Shown one piece after another: positions 26,569 to 32,000 of a stretch of DNA of 32,000 nucleotides. The position numbers and the translations under genes are program-made. The notes beneath the pieces were generated by a model. That model was not told the origin of the DNA, did not search any database, and was given only the letters and a program-made list of their open reading frames with translations. Location of the stretch: NCBI RefSeq assembly GCF_014192215.1, contig NZ_JACHXP010000003.1, positions 119,744-151,743 of the forward strand. Reading direction: 5' to 3'. Source of the DNA: Halomonas cerina. Lineage in GTDB: Bacteria; Pseudomonadota; Gammaproteobacteria; Pseudomonadales; Halomonadaceae. How positions within the stretch are numbered: position 1 is the first letter of the stretch; each line of letters begins with the position of its first letter.

Positions 26569-28230
<1,662 letters not shown>

Positions 28231-28333
28231 GGAGTTCCACTTGGTTGGAGAATTTGACTGACCGGTGATGATAGAGCCCGAGACCCGCGAAGGCCAGCCG
28301 TGGACCGCGCCGGGTCTCGGACCTATCCTGCCT

Positions 28334-28410
28334 GGCGCTCGGCGCTCGGCGCTCGGCGCTCGGCGCTCGGCGCTCGGCGCTCGGCGCTCGGCGCTCGGCG
28401 CTCGGCGCTA
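28334..28410. repeat. Tandem heptanucleotide array (GGCGCTC)x10 plus one imperfect unit
   Basis: Direct count gives ten perfect GGCGCTC units (28334-28403) plus GGCGCTA (28404-28410). The last unit contains the stop codon of the minus-strand small ORF. The array lies 104-180 nt upstream of the ettA start. Confidence 0.95.
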
Positions 28411-28608
28411 CTCTTCTTCCTCCAGGTCCCAGGTGTCCTCGATGGCGCGTCTCAGGCGACGCTCCTCCAGCAGGCCCTCCAGGCGCCGCCGGGCGCGCAG
28501 CTGTTCGGCGCGGCTGGTCGGGCGGGCACGGCGATAGTCCTCGTCATTGACGGCATCGTCGTGGTCGTCCTCGTCGTAGAAGTCGTCGTGAAGGGAATCG
28601 GGGCGCAT
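28408..28608 (-). CDS. Small (66 aa) highly charged protein, acidic N- and C-termini with an Arg-rich helix (resembles PA3496-type small proteins as I recall them)
   Basis: A GGAGGA SD lies 6 nt upstream of ATG 28608. The sequence is MRPDSLHDDFYDEDDHDDAVNDEDYRRARPTSRAEQLRARRRLEGLLEERRLRRAIEDTWDLEEEE. Confidence 0.6.
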   Translation of the reverse strand: MRPDSLHDDFYDEDDHDDAVNDEDYRRARPTSRAEQLRARRRLEGLLEERRLRRAIEDTWDLEEEE

Positions 28609-28809
28609 GCGAAGTCCTCCCATGGCCAAGTACCGAGCGCGGCCCGGTGTCGTACACATCGCTTCTCGTCCGGAGGTGCTCGGAGCCCGAAGCGCCTGTC
28701 GGCAACGGTCGTTACCTGCTGGCTATATATCGGGACTGGGTGAGGAGTACAACCCCCTGGCGGCGACTTTTTACGACACACTTCGCGGAGGGAGCGAGCC
28801 AAGGATGGC

Positions 28810-29244
28810 TCACGAGAGGCCGTATTCCACCTTGAGGCGCTCGAGTTCCATCTGCGCCTCGACCCGCTCGCTGACGTCCTTCTGCACCCCGATGTAGTAG
28901 GTAAGGTTGTCATCCTCGTCATAGACCGGGGTGATCGACAACTCGTTATAGAAGAGGGTGCCGTCCTTCTTGTAGTTGCGCAGCACCTCGCGGCAGGGAC
29001 GCCCCTCGGCCAGCGCCTGGCGGATCACCTTGAGGGCCGGCTGGTCGCGGTCCTCGTTCTGCAGGAAGCGGCAGTCGCGGTAGAGGATCTCGTCGGCACT
29101 GTAACCGGTCAGGCGCTCGAATCCTCGGTTGACGTAGATCAGGATGTTCTCGTCGCCCTCCTGCTCGGCGACCACGATGCCATCCTCCGAGGCGTCGACG
29201 ATGCGCTCCAGCAGAGCCGGGCTGATCAGGGGAGATCGTTTCAT
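28810..29244 (-). CDS. Short LOV-domain blue-light photoreceptor (PAS/LOV core plus C-terminal J-alpha-like helix, no effector domain)
   Basis: The LOV signature ILIYVNRGFERLTGYSADEILYRDCRFLQ includes the adduct-forming Cys58, followed by GRPCREVLRNYKKDGTLFYNELSITPV and YYIGVQKDVSERV. At 144 aa it is nearly collinear with Pseudomonas putida short LOV proteins as I recall them. Confidence 0.88.
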   Translation of the reverse strand: MKRSPLISPALLERIVDASEDGIVVAEQEGDENILIYVNRGFERLTGYSADEILYRDCRFLQNEDRDQPALKVIRQALAEGRPCREVLRNYKKDGTLFYNELSITPVYDEDDNLTYYIGVQKDVSERVEAQMELERLKVEYGLS

Positions 29245-29349
29245 CAGGGCGTTCCTGTGGCGGGTCCTGTCCTGGTGGGGCCGGGCTGGCTCCGGGGGGA
29301 CGCGTTGCGAGACATCATGGCCAGCCGGGCGCCGGATTTCAACGCCGGG

Positions 29350-30663
29350 CTATTCCACTTCGGGCAGATGCCGGGCCCTGGCCGCCGCCGCCAGGGCGGT
29401 GGCGGCGAGGATCACCAGCAGGGCGCTGGCGCCGAGCCATTGGGCCAGGCCGCCTACCACGGCCCCCATCAGCAGCATCAGCACGCCGGTAATGGTGTTG
29501 GAGAGGGCCACGTAGAGCGCCCGGTTGTCGGCACCGGCCAGGTCGACGATATAGGTCTTGCGCCCCAGGCGCACCCCGGCATGCACGACCACCAGCAGAC
29601 CATAGACCAGCGCATAGGGCCAGATGGTGGCGGTCCATGCCACCGGCCACCAGGCGATGGCCGCCCCCAGCAGGCAGCAGGCCGCGGTGGTCAGCCCGCC
29701 ATCGCGCATCACGCGGCGGCTCGAGGCGTCGGCGCGCTTGCCCCAGACGGGGCTGGCCAGCATGCCGGCCACGCCGGAAACGACGATCAGCACGCCCAGG
29801 CCGCCGAGTGCGTCGCCGTCCTGCTGCTGGCCCAGCAGGGCTACATAGGGCAGGGCCAGGGCGCTCGAGAGCAACAGCGCGCGGGTGACATTGAAGTCTC
29901 GGAAGGCAGCGTCGTCGCGCATCAGACGCAGGCCGGTGCGTACGCTCTCCCAGGCGTTCTCACCGCCTTCCACGGCTCCCGGCGTTTCCGCGATGCGGGC
30001 CGCGCACAGGGCGTTGAAGGCCCAGCCCAGGGCGGCGATGGCCAGCAGCACGGCCAGTGCCAGCTCGCCGGGGCGGTCGTCGAACAGCATCAGCACGCCG
30101 CCGGCGGCGAGCGTTACTGCCCCGGCCACGCTGCCGCTCCAGCCCATCAGGGTGCCGCGACGCTGCTTGGCGATGGTCTTGCCCATCACGTCCTTGGTGG
30201 CAATCGACGACAGGCCGCGTGCCAGGGACAACGCCACCAACACGGCCAGGACCAGTCCACCGCCCAGGCCGCCGTGACCCACCAGGGCCAGCAGGGCAAG
30301 CGCCGCGGCGGCCAGGGCCTGGAGGACGCCGCCGGCTACCCAGACCCACTTGCGCTGTGGTTGATGGCGAATGAAGCCGGCCACGAACAGCTGGGGCAGC
30401 AGGGCGCCGGACTCGCGGATCGGCACCAGTAGACCGACCATCCACAGTGGGGCGCCGATCACCCCCAGCAGCCAGGGCAGTACCAGGCGAGCGCTGGCGA
30501 GCTCATCGGCCAGCTTGTTGCCCAGCGAGGCGACGAGGTGCAGGAAGAAGCTGCGGGGCTGCTCCTGGCAGGCCTCGTCGGGGATGTCCCGGCACATCCG
30601 GCTGTCCTCGTCGCCGGTGAGCCACTCGTAGAGGCGGGACTGGCTGATCTCGGGGGCGGCCAT
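29350..30663 (-). CDS. MFS-type transporter with a Cys-containing cytoplasmic N-terminal extension
   Basis: About 12 hydrophobic segments are rich in G/A/L. The N-terminal segment RMCRDIPDEACQEQPRSFFLH precedes the first TM. Confidence 0.72.
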   Translation of the reverse strand: MAAPEISQSRLYEWLTGDEDSRMCRDIPDEACQEQPRSFFLHLVASLGNKLADELASARLVLPWLLGVIGAPLWMVGLLVPIRESGALLPQLFVAGFIRHQPQRKWVWVAGGVLQALAAAALALLALVGHGGLGGGLVLAVLVALSLARGLSSIATKDVMGKTIAKQRRGTLMGWSGSVAGAVTLAAGGVLMLFDDRPGELALAVLLAIAALGWAFNALCAARIAETPGAVEGGENAWESVRTGLRLMRDDAAFRDFNVTRALLLSSALALPYVALLGQQQDGDALGGLGVLIVVSGVAGMLASPVWGKRADASSRRVMRDGGLTTAACCLLGAAIAWWPVAWTATIWPYALVYGLLVVVHAGVRLGRKTYIVDLAGADNRALYVALSNTITGVLMLLMGAVVGGLAQWLGASALLVILAATALAAAARARHLPEVE

Positions 30664-30717
30664 CGGGTTTCCCTGGCTGATAGGATAGGGCGTTCATTGT
30701 TGCGACGGTGAGGCCAG

Positions 30718-30987
30718 ATGTCACGTATTCGTATTCACTACTGTACCCAGTGCCAGTGGCTGCTGCGCAGCGCCTGGCTGGCCCAGGAGCTGCTCTCCTC
30801 GTTCGGCGAGGAACTGGAGGAGGTGGCCCTGGTGCCCTCCCATGGCGGCTATTTCGAGATCTTCTACGATGGGGAGTCGCTCTGGGAGCGCAAGCGCGAT
30901 GGCGGCTTTCCCGACAGCAAGATCCTCAAGCAGCGGGTCCGCGACCGGCTCGACCCCGGCCGCGACCTGGGGCATATCGATCGGTGA
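30718..30987 (+). CDS. SelW/SelT/SelH (Rdx) family thioredoxin-fold protein with CxxC motif
   Basis: IRIHYCTQCQWLLRSAWLAQELL...GGYFEIFYDGESLWERKRDGGFPDSKILKQRVRD fits the Rdx family pattern. Confidence 0.85.
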   Translation: MSRIRIHYCTQCQWLLRSAWLAQELLSSFGEELEEVALVPSHGGYFEIFYDGESLWERKRDGGFPDSKILKQRVRDRLDPGRDLGHIDR

Positions 30988-31130
30988 TGGCTTCTCGCCC
31001 GAAGGGACGGGCTTCTCGTGGGGGTAGGCGAGGCAGACCATGCCCGTCTCGCCTGGCAAAAGAGCATTGCTGCCATGGGAAAGCTGCCAGACTGGTAGCA
31101 CCTAGCGCAGCGAGGTAAGGAGGTCGTCCG

Positions 31131-32000
31131 ATGCCCTTTCTCCAGGGAAGCTTCATCTTCTTCATGCTGGTGTTTCTGCTGATCGGGTTCTCGTCGGTGC
31201 TGGTGCGGCGCAAGGAGAGCACCGATTACCTGCTGGCGGGGCGCAGCCTGCCGCCCTCCCTGGCGGGATTGTCAGCCGTGGCGACCAACAACAGCGGCTA
31301 CATGTTCATCGGTGTCATCGGCTATACCTATTCGGCGGGGCTGGCGGCGATCTGGCTGATGATCGGCTGGATCATCGGTGACTTCCTGATCTCGCTGGTG
31401 GTGCACCGGCGATTACGGCGGGCGACCGGCACCTCCGACTCACTCACCTACCCGACCCTGCTGGGCAATTGGTTTGGGCAGAACCAGGTGGGGGTGCGGG
31501 TGGTGGCGGCGCTGATCGCCGTGGTGTTCCTGGGCATCTACGCCGCGGCGCAGTTCAGCGCCGGCAGCAAGGCGCTGAACGTGCTCTTCGGCTGGCAGCA
31601 GGGGCTTGGCGCGATCATCGGTGCCACCATGGTGCTGTTCTACTGCTTCTCCGGTGGCCTGCGGGCATCGGTCTGGACGGACGCGGCCCAGTCCAGCGTC
31701 ATGCTGCTGGGCATGGGGATGATGGTCTGGATCACCGTCACCGAGCAGGGGGGGATCCAGCCGAGCTGGGAGGCGCTCGACGCGGTGTCCGCCACCTACA
31801 TGAACTGGTTCCCGACCGACCTGGCCTTCGGCTGGCTGGGGCCGCTGCTGTTCGTGGTCGGCTGGCTGTTCGCCGGTTTCGGTGTGATCGGCCAGCCGCA
31901 GATCATGGTGCGTTTCATGTCGCTGGACAGCGAGGAGAGCATGCGCCGTGCGCGGTTCTACTATTACGGGTGGTTCACGGCCTTCTATAGTCTCGCCATG
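31131..32000 (+). CDS. Sodium:solute symporter family transporter (PutP-like), 3'-truncated by the window end
   Basis: This ORF is absent from the track because no stop is reached. I translated it by hand as MPFLQGSFIFFMLVFLLIGFSSVLVRRKESTDYLLAGRSLPPSLAGLSAVATNNSGYMFIGVIGYTY..., and YLLAGRSL with the following region are typical of SSS transporters. An AAGGAGG SD lies 7 nt upstream. The frame stays open for 290 codons to the end. Confidence 0.85.
   Translation, partial: MPFLQGSFIFFMLVFLLIGFSSVLVRRKESTDYLLAGRSLPPSLAGLSAVATNNSGYMFIGVIGYTYSAGLAAIWLMIGWIIGDFLISLVVHRRLRRATGTSDSLTYPTLLGNWFGQNQVGVRVVAALIAVVFLGIYAAAQFSAGSKALNVLFGWQQGLGAIIGATMVLFYCFSGGLRASVWTDAAQSSVMLLGMGMMVWITVTEQGGIQPSWEALDAVSATYMNWFPTDLAFGWLGPLLFVVGWLFAGFGVIGQPQIMVRFMSLDSEESMRRARFYYYGWFTAFYSLAM

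Noticed and set aside
28265-28743. Plus-strand ORFs (90 and 147 aa) encoding (RSALGAR)n through the heptamer array; also considered whether the array is a CRISPR
   Set aside because: The array has 7-nt units with no spacers, so it is not a CRISPR. The ORFs lack SD sequences and are antisense to a well-supported small gene, and the repeat peptide is a by-product of the DNA repeat.

Overview
This is a visibly high-GC gammaproteobacterial chromosome segment. Gene content and protein sequences look Halomonas/Oceanospirillales-like, but that is inference only, since no search was run. All calls come from reading the ORF track and the DNA by eye. Most of the window is housekeeping. (1) A MazF/PemK-RHH type II toxin-antitoxin pair lies at the left edge. 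(2) A minus-strand sugar-catabolism operon runs edd-glk-hexose-6-P epimerase-aldo/keto reductase-fructokinase. (3) An aldehyde dehydrogenase is divergent from a FemAB-like (DUF482) gene. (4) The conserved block ftsB-ispD-ispF-truD-surE-pcm-(DUF368)-nlpD-rpoS follows, then alr and a lipid A late acyltransferase. (5) The right end carries a DUF2254 membrane protein, ettA, a small acidic protein, a short LOV blue-light photoreceptor, an MFS transporter, a SelW/Rdx-like CxxC protein and a 3'-truncated sodium:solute symporter. The outlier is about 9.4-15.3 kb. It holds a sigma-54 enhancer-binding protein with a degenerate receiver-like N-terminus. A terminator and an AT-rich intergenic region follow, containing a perfect -24/-12 sigma-54 promoter, an IHF-like site and a TGTAAC-N6-GTTACA palindrome. 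Five co-oriented genes come next: two small secreted proteins sharing swapped short motifs, a leaderless protein with two degenerate amyloid-repeat cores, a 385-aa secreted protein with three 37-aa FapC-type N/Q/G/A repeats, and an outer-membrane beta-barrel. This looks like a non-canonical Fap-like functional-amyloid or adhesin system, with no FapD-like protease or FapE-like gene in the window. It is the best candidate for an undescribed system here. Other points of note are an 11-copy GC-rich heptamer array upstream of ettA and a 43-bp palindrome downstream of the sugar operon. No rRNA, tRNA, CRISPR or transposase/integrase genes were recognised. Many long ORFs in the track are antisense shadows typical of high-GC DNA and were rejected.
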